Assembly: GCA_964584035.1 (NCBI GenBank)
Contig: CAZOYL010000023.1
Span: forward strand, 1-28,662
DNA length: 28,662 nucleotides
Reading direction: 5' to 3'
Source: an uncultured Gemmatimonadota bacterium
GTDB taxonomy: Bacteria; SM23-81
The notes beneath the pieces were generated by a model. It did not search any database and had not been told where the DNA came from. It saw only the letters and a program-made list of their open reading frames with translations. The translations under genes and the position numbers were made by a program. Each line of letters starts with the position of its first letter. The first letter of the stretch is position 1. Below are positions 1-9,103 of this stretch, in pieces.

Positions 1-74
1 GGTCCCTGATCCTGATTCAGCGCCAGATCGTATATAGCGCGTGTGGCATAGCGCCCGCGGGTTGAGAGACGCAT
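1..74 (-). CDS. Rrf2 family transcriptional regulator (IscR/CymR-like), 5' end only; runs off the window edge
   Basis: Not in the ORF track. Manual translation from ATG at 74 gives MRLSTRGRYATRAIYDLALNQDQG, matching the typical Rrf2 N-terminus (MRLTTKGRYA..A..DLA). A GGAAGGGAGG RBS lies at 90-81. Confidence 0.85.
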   Translation of the reverse strand, partial: MRLSTRGRYATRAIYDLALNQDQG

Positions 75-130
75 TCGAAACCTCCCTTCCTAAAATTCAG
101 CTTCGTAATTACCCTACTACTTTTTAGGAT

Positions 131-158
131 ATTATAAGTAAATCTTCAGTAATGTCAA
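131..158 (-). promoter_or_regulatory. sigma70-type promoter for the Rrf2 gene
   Basis: Minus strand TTGACA (158-153), 16 nt, TATAAT (136-131); both hexamers are consensus. Confidence 0.75.
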
Positions 159-443
159 GGTTTTTTCAGGAGAATATTATCAGCAGAAAAAATGACTTGA
201 TTTTTTCTATTATCCATTCTATTAATTATTCTTCCTTTTTCCCAAAGAAAAAAGCCGGAGAGTTACCTGTTGTGTTTTTTTTAGGCAACCCGCCTGTCGA
301 ATCGGGCGTCAAAAACAAAAGACATGATCGAGAGAGGAATATTGAACGGATCATTTCCTCATCATATAGGTATTTAGTATAGAGAATATCATACTCGGCC
401 GTTAAAAACGATCACGTCACAATTTTCCGACGAGGAGAAAAAC

Positions 444-1433
444 ATGCATCAGGACATCGTCGCGCTCAATGAGAGGATCAGCGCCGAGAGCACTTTCGTG
501 GACCAGATCCTGACCGAGGTCCACAAGGTCATCGTGGGCCAGGATGATATGGTCGAGAAACTGCTCATCGGACTGCTGGCCAACGGGCACATTCTCCTGG
601 AGGGCGTCCCCGGCCTGGCCAAGACCATGGCCGTAAAAACGCTGGCCGACACCATCCAGACCTCGTTCCAGCGCTTGCAGTTCACCCCCGACCTGCTGCC
701 CGCCGACCTGTTAGGCACCATGATCTACAACCAGAAGACGGGAGAATTTGTCCCTAAAAAAGGCCCCATCTTTTCCAATCTGGTGCTGGCCGATGAGATC
801 AACCGGGCTCCGGCCAAGGTCCAGAGCGCCCTCCTGGAGGCCATGCAGGAACGGCAGGTGACCATCGGCGACCACACCTATCCCCTGGACGATCCCTTCC
901 TGGTCATGGCCACGCAGAACCCCATCGAACAGGAGGGCACCTACCCCCTGCCCGAGGCTCAGGTGGACCGTTTTATGCTCAAGCTGAAGGTCAGCTATCC
1001 GAACCGCAAGGAGGAGCGCAGCATCATAGACCGCATGACTGCGGGACCTGTGCCCGCCGCCAAGGCCGTCATCGAGCCCGGCGCCATCATCGCCGCCCGG
1101 TCGGTTGTCAACTCGGTCTACGTGGATGACAAAATCAAGGATTATATCGTCGATCTGGTCTTTGCCTCCAGGCAGCCGGAGGAATACGGACTGAAAGATC
1201 TCAAGGGATTGATCGCCTACGGCGCCTCGCCGCGAGCCTCTATTTATCTGACGCTGGCTTCCCGGGCTCACGCCTTCCTGCATCGGCGGGGTTATGTCAC
1301 GCCCGAAGATGTCAAGTCCATCGGCCTGGACGTGCTGCGTCATCGCATCATCTCCACCTATGAAGCCGAAGCCGAGGAGATCACCGCGGAGGATATCGTC
1401 GGAAGAATTTTCGACACCGTCGAGGTTCCCTGA
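444..1433 (+). CDS. moxR: MoxR family AAA+ ATPase
   Basis: Walker A GVPGLAKT, RLQFTPDLLPAD, Walker B LADEINRAPAKVQSALLEAMQE, ATQNPIEQEGTYPLPEAQVDRF, GASPRA. RBS GAGGAG upstream. Confidence 0.97.
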   Translation: MHQDIVALNERISAESTFVDQILTEVHKVIVGQDDMVEKLLIGLLANGHILLEGVPGLAKTMAVKTLADTIQTSFQRLQFTPDLLPADLLGTMIYNQKTGEFVPKKGPIFSNLVLADEINRAPAKVQSALLEAMQERQVTIGDHTYPLDDPFLVMATQNPIEQEGTYPLPEAQVDRFMLKLKVSYPNRKEERSIIDRMTAGPVPAAKAVIEPGAIIAARSVVNSVYVDDKIKDYIVDLVFASRQPEEYGLKDLKGLIAYGASPRASIYLTLASRAHAFLHRRGYVTPEDVKSIGLDVLRHRIISTYEAEAEEITAEDIVGRIFDTVEVP

Positions 1434-2320
1434 TGCTGCCCAAAGAGATCCTTCATAAGATCAGGCGTATAGAGATCCAGACACGCCATCTGGTCAACGA
1501 TGTCTTCAGCGGCGAGTACCATAGCGTGTTCAAGGGCCGGGGTATGGAGTTCTCTGAGGTGCGGGAATATCAGCAAGGAGACAGCATCAAGACCATCGAC
1601 TGGAACGTCACGGCCCGGATGGGGCATCTGTTCGTCAAGAAGTTCGTCGAGGAACGGGAGCTGACCGTCATGCTCATGGTGGACGCCAGCTCATCCGGCC
1701 GGTTTGGAAGCCGGCGCAAGACCAAGCGGGAGATCGCCGCGGAGATCAGCGCCCTGCTGGCTTTCTCGGCCATCAAGAACAACGACCGTGTGGGGCTGAT
1801 TATCTTCACCGATGAGGTCGAAAAGTTCGTTCCCCCAAAAAAGGGCACCAAACATGTCCTCCGGGTCATTCGCGAGCTGCTCTATTTTCAGCCCGTCAGA
1901 CGGGGAACCAGCATCGCTTCGGCGTTGGAATATCTCAACCGGTTGACCCGTCGAAAAGCCGTCGTTTTTCTTATTTCCGATTTTCTGGACGATGGCTACC
2001 AGCGGGCTCTCCGGGTGGCCAACCGACGCCATGACCTGGTGGCCATCGCCGTCATCGATCCCCGGGAACAGGTCCTTCCCGGAGTCGGTCTGGTGGAGCT
2101 GGAGGATGCCGAAACAGGCCGGATGATTCTGGCCAACACATCAGACGAAGGATTCCGCCGGCGTTTCGCCGATCAGAACGCTGACCGGATCGATGAGAGA
2201 ACCCGACGGTTTGCGGCCATGAACGTCGACTCGGTCAACATCGTTCTGGATGAGTCCGAGGATCCTTACCTGGCACCGTTGATGAAATTCTTTCGGATGC
2301 GGGCTAAACAGCTTCGTTAA
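1433..2320 (+). CDS. DUF58 domain protein (vWA-like MoxR partner)
   Basis: G.GMEFSEVREYQ.GD..IDWNVTAR, EERELTV, DASSS, VFLISDF motifs. TGATG overlap with moxR. Confidence 0.95.
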   Translation: MLPKEILHKIRRIEIQTRHLVNDVFSGEYHSVFKGRGMEFSEVREYQQGDSIKTIDWNVTARMGHLFVKKFVEERELTVMLMVDASSSGRFGSRRKTKREIAAEISALLAFSAIKNNDRVGLIIFTDEVEKFVPPKKGTKHVLRVIRELLYFQPVRRGTSIASALEYLNRLTRRKAVVFLISDFLDDGYQRALRVANRRHDLVAIAVIDPREQVLPGVGLVELEDAETGRMILANTSDEGFRRRFADQNADRIDERTRRFAAMNVDSVNIVLDESEDPYLAPLMKFFRMRAKQLR

Positions 2321-2375
2321 AACGAAGCTGTTTAGCCAGGGTTAATAAGTTTCATTGAGAATGAAACTTATTAAC
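2302..2375. repeat. two adjacent perfect inverted repeats
   Basis: GGCTAAACAGCTTCGTT-AA-AACGAAGCTGTTTAGCC (2302-2337, 17-bp arms) and GTTAATAAGTTTCATT-GAG-AATGAAACTTATTAAC (2341-2375, 16-bp arms). Confidence 0.95.
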
Positions 2376-2465
2376 AAAGATGAATGAACTTCGCCGGAGA
2401 CGAATCGCGTTCTCCCGACATTTGAAACAGAGATGCTAAACACACCTTAAAGGAGGGCTGCCGAT

Positions 2466-3416
2466 TTGATCGAGGTCAGTGATCTCACCAAGGACTACGG
2501 CCCCACCAGAGCCATCGAGGGGGTGAGCTTCCGGGTCGATCAGGGAGAGATCCTCGGGTTGCTGGGGCCCAACGCGGCTGGAAAGACGACCACCATGCGC
2601 ATCCTGACCTGCTATTTGCCGTCTACATCGGGCACCGCCAGGGTGGCCGGCTATGATGTCTTCGAGGACGCCCTGGAGGTGCGCAAACGGATCGGCTATC
2701 TGCCGGAGAATCCGCCGCTGTACGACGATATGTCCACCTTCCAATATCTCGATTTCGTCTCCAAGATCAAAGGCATCGATTCACGGGAGCGGCAGCGGCG
2801 GATCGACGAGGCGGTGGAACGGTGTTATTTGAAAGAGGTCGAGGACACTCTGATCGGCAGACTGTCCAAGGGCTACCGGCAGCGGGTGGGTCTGGCCCAG
2901 GCTCTGGTGCATGATCCCGAGGTGATCATCCTGGATGAACCCACCATGGGGCTGGATCCCAAGCAGATCATCCAGGTCCGGGAGCTGATCAAGGACCTGG
3001 GAGGGCGGCATACCGTCATTCTCAGTTCCCATATCCTGCCCGAGGTCAGCCAGACCTGCCAGCGGGTGGTGATCATCAACCGGGGCCGGGTGGTGGCCGA
3101 GGACACGCCGGAAAATCTGACCGGCCAGCTGAAGGGCGCCGAGCGGCTGTTTCTCAGGGTGTCCGGTCCGGCCGGCGAAGTGGCTCAGAAGATCCAGGGA
3201 TTGCCCGGCGTCACGGCCGTGACCCTGACGGCCAGTTCCGCAGATCAGGAGCACGACTTTCAAGTGGAGAGCCAGCTGAAACGAGACGTCAGGCGGGAGC
3301 TGGCAGACGCCATCGTGACATCCGGATGGGGTCTGCTGGAGATGCGGCCGGTAGGCATGAGCCTGGAGGAGGTCTTCCTCCACCTGACCACCGAGGAGGA
3401 GGTGAACCGGTCATGA
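2466..3416 (+). CDS. ABC transporter ATP-binding protein, GldA-like (ABC-2 type)
   Basis: Walker A GPNAAGKTT, signature LSKGYRQRVGLA, Walker B IILDEPT, H-loop LSSH, C-terminal SLEEVFLHLT. TTG start after AGGAGG. Confidence 0.93.
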   Translation: MIEVSDLTKDYGPTRAIEGVSFRVDQGEILGLLGPNAAGKTTTMRILTCYLPSTSGTARVAGYDVFEDALEVRKRIGYLPENPPLYDDMSTFQYLDFVSKIKGIDSRERQRRIDEAVERCYLKEVEDTLIGRLSKGYRQRVGLAQALVHDPEVIILDEPTMGLDPKQIIQVRELIKDLGGRHTVILSSHILPEVSQTCQRVVIINRGRVVAEDTPENLTGQLKGAERLFLRVSGPAGEVAQKIQGLPGVTAVTLTASSADQEHDFQVESQLKRDVRRELADAIVTSGWGLLEMRPVGMSLEEVFLHLTTEEEVNRS

Positions 3417-4192
3417 CCAACGTCCTGGCACTCTGGCAGAAAGAAATGCGCACCTACTTCACCTCTCCGATCGCCTACGCGGTCATGGTGGTCTTCCTGC
3501 TGCTGTCCGGATATTTCTTCTATGGCATTCTGGCCAGTTTCGTCGAGTTCGCCATGCGGGCCGCCTTCCAGGCGCAATATTATCGCATGCCTATGCCGGC
3601 GCTGAACGTCAACGAGCTGGCCATCCGGCCGCTGTTCCAGAATCTCAGCGTCATTTTCATCTTCCTGCTGCCGATGATCACCATGCGGTTGTTCGCCGAG
3701 GAAAAACGGTCCGGCACCATCGAGCTGCTGTACACCTCCCCCATCACGCGCACCCAGATCATCCTGGGGAAATACCTGGCCGCTCTGGCCCTGTTCACCG
3801 TCATGATCCTGCTCACCATGATCCATCAGGCCTTCTTCTTTATCTACGGAAACCCCGAGCTGGGCCCGGTGCTGACCGCCTATTTGGGCGTCTTTCTGCT
3901 GGGAGCCTCCTTCCTGTCGCTGGGACTGCTGATCTCCACGCTCACCGAGAATCAGATCATCGCAGCCGTGGTCGGCTTCGGGCTGTTTCTGCTGCTCTGG
4001 GCCATCGGCTGGCTGGCTCATTCCGCCGGCCCGGGCCTCAGAGGTGTCCTCTCGTATCTGTCCCTCTTCGAACATTTCGATGACTTCGCCAAGGGCGTCA
4101 TCGACACCCGGGATGTGATCTACTATCTCAGCTTCACCTTTTTCGGTCTCTACCTGACCTACCGCTCGCTGGAGTCCGCTCGCTGGAGATAG
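3413..4192 (+). CDS. ABC-2 transporter permease, GldF-like
   Basis: KEMRTYFTSPIAY, PMITMRLFAEEKRSGTIELLYTSP, IILGKYLA, multiple TM helices. Start reassigned to ATG 3413, which overlaps the upstream stop (ATGA). Confidence 0.92.
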   Translation: MTNVLALWQKEMRTYFTSPIAYAVMVVFLLLSGYFFYGILASFVEFAMRAAFQAQYYRMPMPALNVNELAIRPLFQNLSVIFIFLLPMITMRLFAEEKRSGTIELLYTSPITRTQIILGKYLAALALFTVMILLTMIHQAFFFIYGNPELGPVLTAYLGVFLLGASFLSLGLLISTLTENQIIAAVVGFGLFLLLWAIGWLAHSAGPGLRGVLSYLSLFEHFDDFAKGVIDTRDVIYYLSFTFFGLYLTYRSLESARWR

Positions 4193-4237
4193 CGTCCGTT
4201 CCGGAGCCAATGATGAACGATGGAGGAGGAGCTCGAA

Positions 4238-5641
4238 ATGAACGACCATCGCAAGAGCTTGAAAAACAGGCCTATAAAGAATATGCTGGGAAAACGTTCC
4301 ACCAGGTTCGGGGCCAATGCCCTGACCATGATCGTCATCGTCCTGGGCATCCTGATCCTGATCAATTTCCTGGGCACACGGCATCACCACCGTTTCGACG
4401 CCACCGCCGGGAACCGCTTCAGCCTCTCCGATCACACCGTTAAAGTGCTCCGGGGAGTGGATCAGGAGGTGGTCATCACCGCCTTTCTCCAGGGAGAGGA
4501 TACCGCCCTGCGGGATCTGCTGGCCGAATATGCCTATTCCAACCGTCTGGTCAGCTTCCGTTTCATCGATCCCGACAGCGAGCCGAACATGGCCAAGGCC
4601 TATGAGATCACCCGGTACGGGACGATCGTGGTGGAGAGCGGCGACAAGGTGGAAAAGATCGAGCAGCACACGGAAGAGGAACTGACCAACGCCATTCTCT
4701 CGGTCACCCGGGAGGGTAAAAAGGTCATCTGCGTCCTGTCGGGCCACGGCGAGAAGGACATCGACTCCGAGGATCCGAGGGGTTACAGCCTGGCCAGAGA
4801 CGCGCTGGAGAATGAGAATTACGATATCAGGAGGCTGATCCTGGCCACCGAGGGAGAGGTCCCATCCGACTGTTCCGTGCTGCTGATAGCCGGCCCGGAG
4901 AAGTACCCTCTGGAGGCGGAGGTGCAAGCCATCGAACGCTATCTGGATGGCGGCGGGAAAGTGATGGTCCTGCTGGAACCTGATCCCGCCACCGGCCTGA
5001 CCGAGTTTTTACAATCCTACGGACTGCAGGTGGGACAGGATCTGGTCCTGGATGCCAGCGGTGTGGGCCGCCTGTTCGGCATGGGTCCGGCCATACCGCT
5101 GGTCTCGCAATATGAACCCCACGCCATCACCGACGCATTCGACATCATGACCTTCTTCCCGACCGCCCGTTCGGTCACTCCGACCCAAACTCCGCCCCCC
5201 AATTTGAGCGTTCAGCCGCTGGTCAGGACCGGCCCGAACAGCTGGGGAGAGACGGAGCTGGGCACCGAAACGGCCCAGCTGGACCCCGACCGGGACCTGC
5301 CCGGTCCGGTGACCATCGCAGCAGTGGTAGATACCCGTCAGGAGGATATCCCGGCGGATACGGCCGCGGTCCGGCCGCTGACCCGTCTGGTCGTTTTCGG
5401 GGATTCCGACTTCGCCAGCAACGCCTACTTCGCAACCTCCGGGAATGGAGATCTGTTTCTCAACACCCTCAACTGGCTGGCCCAGGATGAGGACCTGATC
5501 TCCATTCGTCCCACGGATGCGGAGGACCGCCGGGTCACCCTGACGCCCCGGCAGTCGCGGATGATCTTCTCCATCTCGGTCATCCTCATGCCCCTGGCCG
5601 CTCTCATCCTGGGAGCGGTGATCTGGATTCGACGCCGGTAA
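4238..5641 (+). CDS. GldG-like ABC transporter auxiliary membrane protein
   Basis: N-terminal TM, RFD.T..NRFSLS..T, GHGEKD, LLIAGP, VVFGDSDF, N.DLFLN.LNWL, C-terminal TM ending WIRRR. Start placed at ATG 4238 after GGAGGAG; exact start uncertain. Confidence 0.9.
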   Translation: MNDHRKSLKNRPIKNMLGKRSTRFGANALTMIVIVLGILILINFLGTRHHHRFDATAGNRFSLSDHTVKVLRGVDQEVVITAFLQGEDTALRDLLAEYAYSNRLVSFRFIDPDSEPNMAKAYEITRYGTIVVESGDKVEKIEQHTEEELTNAILSVTREGKKVICVLSGHGEKDIDSEDPRGYSLARDALENENYDIRRLILATEGEVPSDCSVLLIAGPEKYPLEAEVQAIERYLDGGGKVMVLLEPDPATGLTEFLQSYGLQVGQDLVLDASGVGRLFGMGPAIPLVSQYEPHAITDAFDIMTFFPTARSVTPTQTPPPNLSVQPLVRTGPNSWGETELGTETAQLDPDRDLPGPVTIAAVVDTRQEDIPADTAAVRPLTRLVVFGDSDFASNAYFATSGNGDLFLNTLNWLAQDEDLISIRPTDAEDRRVTLTPRQSRMIFSISVILMPLAALILGAVIWIRRR

Positions 5642-5704
5642 CAGAATCATCGAAAAGAGGATATCCACTTCCGGCGACCGGCACAGTGGAGGAGCATCGG
5701 ACAT

Positions 5705-7060
5705 ATGAAATTCAAGAGTACGCTGCTGTGGGCGATCATTCTCATCATTCTGGCCGCCTTCGTCTACCTGTACGAGATCAAGGGCGGCCAGCAGCGGCAA
5801 TCAGCGGACAGGGAGGCGAATCGACTCCTGCCGGTGACCGCCGGGGAGATCACCGAGCTGACGCTGACACGTTCCGACGAGACGGTCATCTGCCGCCGCA
5901 CGGATGACGGCTGGCAGATCACCGAGCCGCTGACCGCGGCCGGAGACGGTGCGGCCATCGAAAGAATTCTGGAAACGCTGGCCGGGGCCGAGACGCATCG
6001 GATGGTCAGCGATTCGGCCGCCGACCTGACCCCCTTCGGGTTGGATCCGCCGAAGGCCACCGTGGAGGTCGGCAGCGGGGCGGCGACGATCGGGATCGTT
6101 CATTTAGGGCAGAAGAACCCCTCCGGCTCGTACATTTACGCCCGCCGTGAGGGCCGCCCCGGCGTCTATCTGACCGACCCGACGCTGCTCACCCAGGCGC
6201 AGACAGAGCTGTTCCAGCTGCGCGACCGCCGCATCCTGTCTTTCGAGCAGGCCCAGGTGCGGGGCCTGACGCTGCGGCGGGCTCAGGAGAGCATCGAGAT
6301 GATCCGTGATGCGAACGGCTGGAAGCTTAAGAAACCACTTCAAGTATCGGCTAATAATGAATTAATTGAAGGTATGTTAAGAAAATTATCATCTGCCCGC
6401 GCGAGCGCCTATGTGGACGAGGCACCGGGAAACATTCGGCCCTACGGACTCGATCGGCCGGAACTGTCGGTTACCCTGATCCTGGGTCCGGAGGCCGCTC
6501 AAAAGACCCTTCACATCGGCGCCCGCCATGATCAGGGACGCTACGCCCGGGACGAATCCAGGGATCCCGTGTTCGTCATCCCCGACGATCTCTACGAGAC
6601 TTTGAATCAACAGGTCTTCGATCTCCGGGACAGGGCGGTGCTATCCTTCGACCAGAGCCTGGCAACGGAACTGGAGCTGCGGCACGATGGGATAACGATC
6701 ATCTGCCACAGGGACACCTCGGGGCAGTGGAACCTGTCGGTCCCCGAATCCACCGCCGCCGACCGCTGGGAGGTGGAGGCCATCCTCTCCTCCCTGGCCG
6801 GCCTGCAGGCCGAGGAGTTCATCGACGAGAATCCCGCCGATCTGGACCGTTACGGCCTATCGGATCCGCGCCTGGAGGCCATCCTCAGGGATGATGGGGG
6901 ACAACAGCTTGCCTCGCTGCGCCTCGGGCGGGAAACGGATGAGGGGGTCTATGCCTGCGGCGGCAAGGGTGCGCCGGTGGTCCTGGTCAACCGGACGATC
7001 GTCACCGGCCTGTCCCCGGATCCGGAGACCCTGAAAAAGAGAGAGACGACAACGCCGTGA
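5705..7060 (+). CDS. DUF4340 domain protein (N-terminal TM anchor, three repeats)
   Basis: Three repeats of W.....P....AD.......L..L....A plus L..YGL..P. This is the usual last gene of GldAFG-like ABC cassettes. Confidence 0.85.
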   Translation: MKFKSTLLWAIILIILAAFVYLYEIKGGQQRQSADREANRLLPVTAGEITELTLTRSDETVICRRTDDGWQITEPLTAAGDGAAIERILETLAGAETHRMVSDSAADLTPFGLDPPKATVEVGSGAATIGIVHLGQKNPSGSYIYARREGRPGVYLTDPTLLTQAQTELFQLRDRRILSFEQAQVRGLTLRRAQESIEMIRDANGWKLKKPLQVSANNELIEGMLRKLSSARASAYVDEAPGNIRPYGLDRPELSVTLILGPEAAQKTLHIGARHDQGRYARDESRDPVFVIPDDLYETLNQQVFDLRDRAVLSFDQSLATELELRHDGITIICHRDTSGQWNLSVPESTAADRWEVEAILSSLAGLQAEEFIDENPADLDRYGLSDPRLEAILRDDGGQQLASLRLGRETDEGVYACGGKGAPVVLVNRTIVTGLSPDPETLKKRETTTP

Positions 7061-8091
7061 GATCTCGTTTCGCTGACAGAGGATCGGCTATCCTGGAGCG
7101 TTCCTGGCTGGTGATCGCGATGTGCCTGGCCGGGCCATGCTGCCAAACCCGGCCGGCAATGGCCGAGGTGATCGTGGAGACATCGGTCGACCGGGATACT
7201 GTGACCATCGCCGATCCGGTGATCTTCGCCATCGACATCCTGGCCCCGCCGGGAGTCGAGGTGCAGGCCCCCCCTCCCGACCGCCAGCTGGGCCCTTTCG
7301 AGGTTCGGGATGTCCAGATTCTGCCTCCCGATGAGCCGGCCGGGGAGCCGCGGCACACCCGGATCCTGTGGACTCTGGTTCCCTTCCAGACCGGCCCGCT
7401 GGAGATTCCCTCGGTCACGATCGTGGCCACCGACACATCGGGAGCCTCCGACACGCTTCGGACCCGCGAGGAATTCATCCAGGTGGCCAGTCTGGAACCC
7501 GATCTTCAGGGCGATATCCGCGACATCAAGCCGCCCGAGGAGCTGCCCGGGGGACGAGCCTGGATCGGATGGCTGATCGGCGGCCTGATCCTAACATCCG
7601 CCGGTCTGTGGCTGCTGCGCTTTCTCCGCCGCCGGCGGCTGCGCCGTGACCTGGAGGCAATCCCCTATCAGGGACCGCCGCGTCCGGCCGACCGCATCGC
7701 CCTGGAGGAATTGAACCGCATCGCGGCCCTTCAGCTGGTGGACAAGAGCCTGATCAAGGAACTCTATATCCAGGTCTGCGACGTCATTCGCCGCTATATC
7801 GAGGGGCGTTACGCCATCGGCGCCATGGAGCTGACGACCTGGGAGCTGATTGAGGAATTAGAGCGAACGGCCGTGCCCCGGGACCATCGTGGGGATTTCC
7901 GGTCCTTCCTGCAGGAATGCGATCTGGTCAAGTTCGCCAAACACATCCCCCCCGCCGAGGTTTGTGAAACGCTGCTGCACCGGGCTCGCCAGCTGGTTCT
8001 GTCGACCCGCATTTCGCTCCGGCCGCCGCTGTCGGAGAAAATACAGGACGTCCCGACCGGTGGACAACCGGCCGGTGTCCCCCGATCGTGA
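7057..8091 (+). CDS. Bat-operon accessory protein (Ig-like N-terminal domain, TM helix, DUF4381-like C-terminus)
   Basis: Signal-like N-terminus, VDRDTVTIADP, DIRDIKPP before a TM helix, then A..ALEEL, IRRYIE.RY.I.AMELTT.E and DLVKFAK. Lies immediately before batA. GTG 7057 overlaps the previous stop; the start could be 7111 or 7120. Confidence 0.8.
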   Translation: MRSRFADRGSAILERSWLVIAMCLAGPCCQTRPAMAEVIVETSVDRDTVTIADPVIFAIDILAPPGVEVQAPPPDRQLGPFEVRDVQILPPDEPAGEPRHTRILWTLVPFQTGPLEIPSVTIVATDTSGASDTLRTREEFIQVASLEPDLQGDIRDIKPPEELPGGRAWIGWLIGGLILTSAGLWLLRFLRRRRLRRDLEAIPYQGPPRPADRIALEELNRIAALQLVDKSLIKELYIQVCDVIRRYIEGRYAIGAMELTTWELIEELERTAVPRDHRGDFRSFLQECDLVKFAKHIPPAEVCETLLHRARQLVLSTRISLRPPLSEKIQDVPTGGQPAGVPRS

Positions 8092-8100
8092 GGATCGCCC

Positions 8101-9090
8101 ATGCGCCTGGCCCATCCCTATTATCTTCTGCTGCTGATCCTGATCCCCGGTTTGATCTGGTGGCGGTTACACCGGGGAAAATATTTCACCGCCGGACTGC
8201 TCTATTCGGACACCGGGCTGATCCGTTCGGCTCAGAGATCGAGCCGGGTCCTGTGGCGTCATCTCCCGTCGATCCTGCGGGGTTCGGTTCTATTCCTGTT
8301 CATCCTGGCTCTGGCCCGGCCGCAGTCGGGACGGCATGGCGAGGAAATCCTGACCGAAGGGATCGACATCGTGCTTTGCCTGGACATCTCCAGCAGCATG
8401 AAAGCCGAGGACTTTCAGCCGAAAAACAGGCTTCACGTGGCCAAAGAGGCGGCGGCCACCTTTATCTCCGAGCGAAAGACCGACCGTATCGGCATGGTGG
8501 TCTTCGCCGCCAAAAGCCTGACCCAGTGCCCCCTGACTCTGGATCGAGACATCCTGCTCGATTTTCTGGATCGCGTGGACATCGGCATGATCGAGGACGG
8601 CACAGCCATCGGCATGGCCATCGGCACCAGCGTCAACCGGCTGCGGGACTCGGAAGCGAAAAGCAAGGTGATCGTGCTGCTGACCGACGGAATCAACAAC
8701 CGTGGGGAGATCGATCCGGTGACCGCCGCGCGCATGGCGGCCGCCTTCGACATCAGGATTTACACCATCGGAGCCGGCACCCGGGGAACCGCTCCCTATC
8801 CCGTCGAGGACCGTTTCTTCGGGACGCGATACGTCCAGATGCCGGTGGAGATCGACGAGGAAACGCTCACCGAGATCGCCGATATTACCGGCGGACAATA
8901 TTTCCGCGCCACCGACGCCGAGGGGCTCAAGGAGATCTTCGGGCGGATCGACCAGATGGAGAAAACGCAGGTCAAAACGCGCCATTACGTCGAATACTCC
9001 GAGAAGTTCCAATATATTCTGGCGCTGGCCCTGTTTCTGCTGATCGCCGAGCTTGTCCTGACCCAAACCATTCTGCGAAAGCTGCCCTGA
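8101..9090 (+). CDS. batA: BatA, vWA domain membrane protein
   Basis: N-terminal BatA TM pair ending ALARPQ, MIDAS DISSSM, PLTLD, DGTAIG, LLTDGINNRG, IYTIGAG, TGGQYFRATD. Confidence 0.93.
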   Translation: MRLAHPYYLLLLILIPGLIWWRLHRGKYFTAGLLYSDTGLIRSAQRSSRVLWRHLPSILRGSVLFLFILALARPQSGRHGEEILTEGIDIVLCLDISSSMKAEDFQPKNRLHVAKEAAATFISERKTDRIGMVVFAAKSLTQCPLTLDRDILLDFLDRVDIGMIEDGTAIGMAIGTSVNRLRDSEAKSKVIVLLTDGINNRGEIDPVTAARMAAAFDIRIYTIGAGTRGTAPYPVEDRFFGTRYVQMPVEIDEETLTEIADITGGQYFRATDAEGLKEIFGRIDQMEKTQVKTRHYVEYSEKFQYILALALFLLIAELVLTQTILRKLP

Positions 9091-9103
9091 GAGGGAACAG
9101 GAT

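Noticed and set aside
152..382. 76-aa + strand ORF upstream of moxR
   Set aside because: AT-rich intergenic sequence overlapping the Rrf2 promoter, with no RBS and no recognisable motif.
403..414. 12-mer TAAAAACGATCA shared with 18050-18061, both upstream of genes
   Set aside because: Non-palindromic with only two copies; a match this short can arise by chance in 28 kb.
3260..4927. Long antisense ORFs (555 aa here; also 8972-10030, 16794-17957, 21483-22565, 23232-24617)
   Set aside because: Shadow frames of well-supported genes in GC-rich DNA, with no family motifs.
6355..6382. Resemblance of GTATGTTAAGA to the XerD arm of a dif site
   Set aside because: Only a partial match, the XerC-side arm is poor, and the site lies within a coding region.
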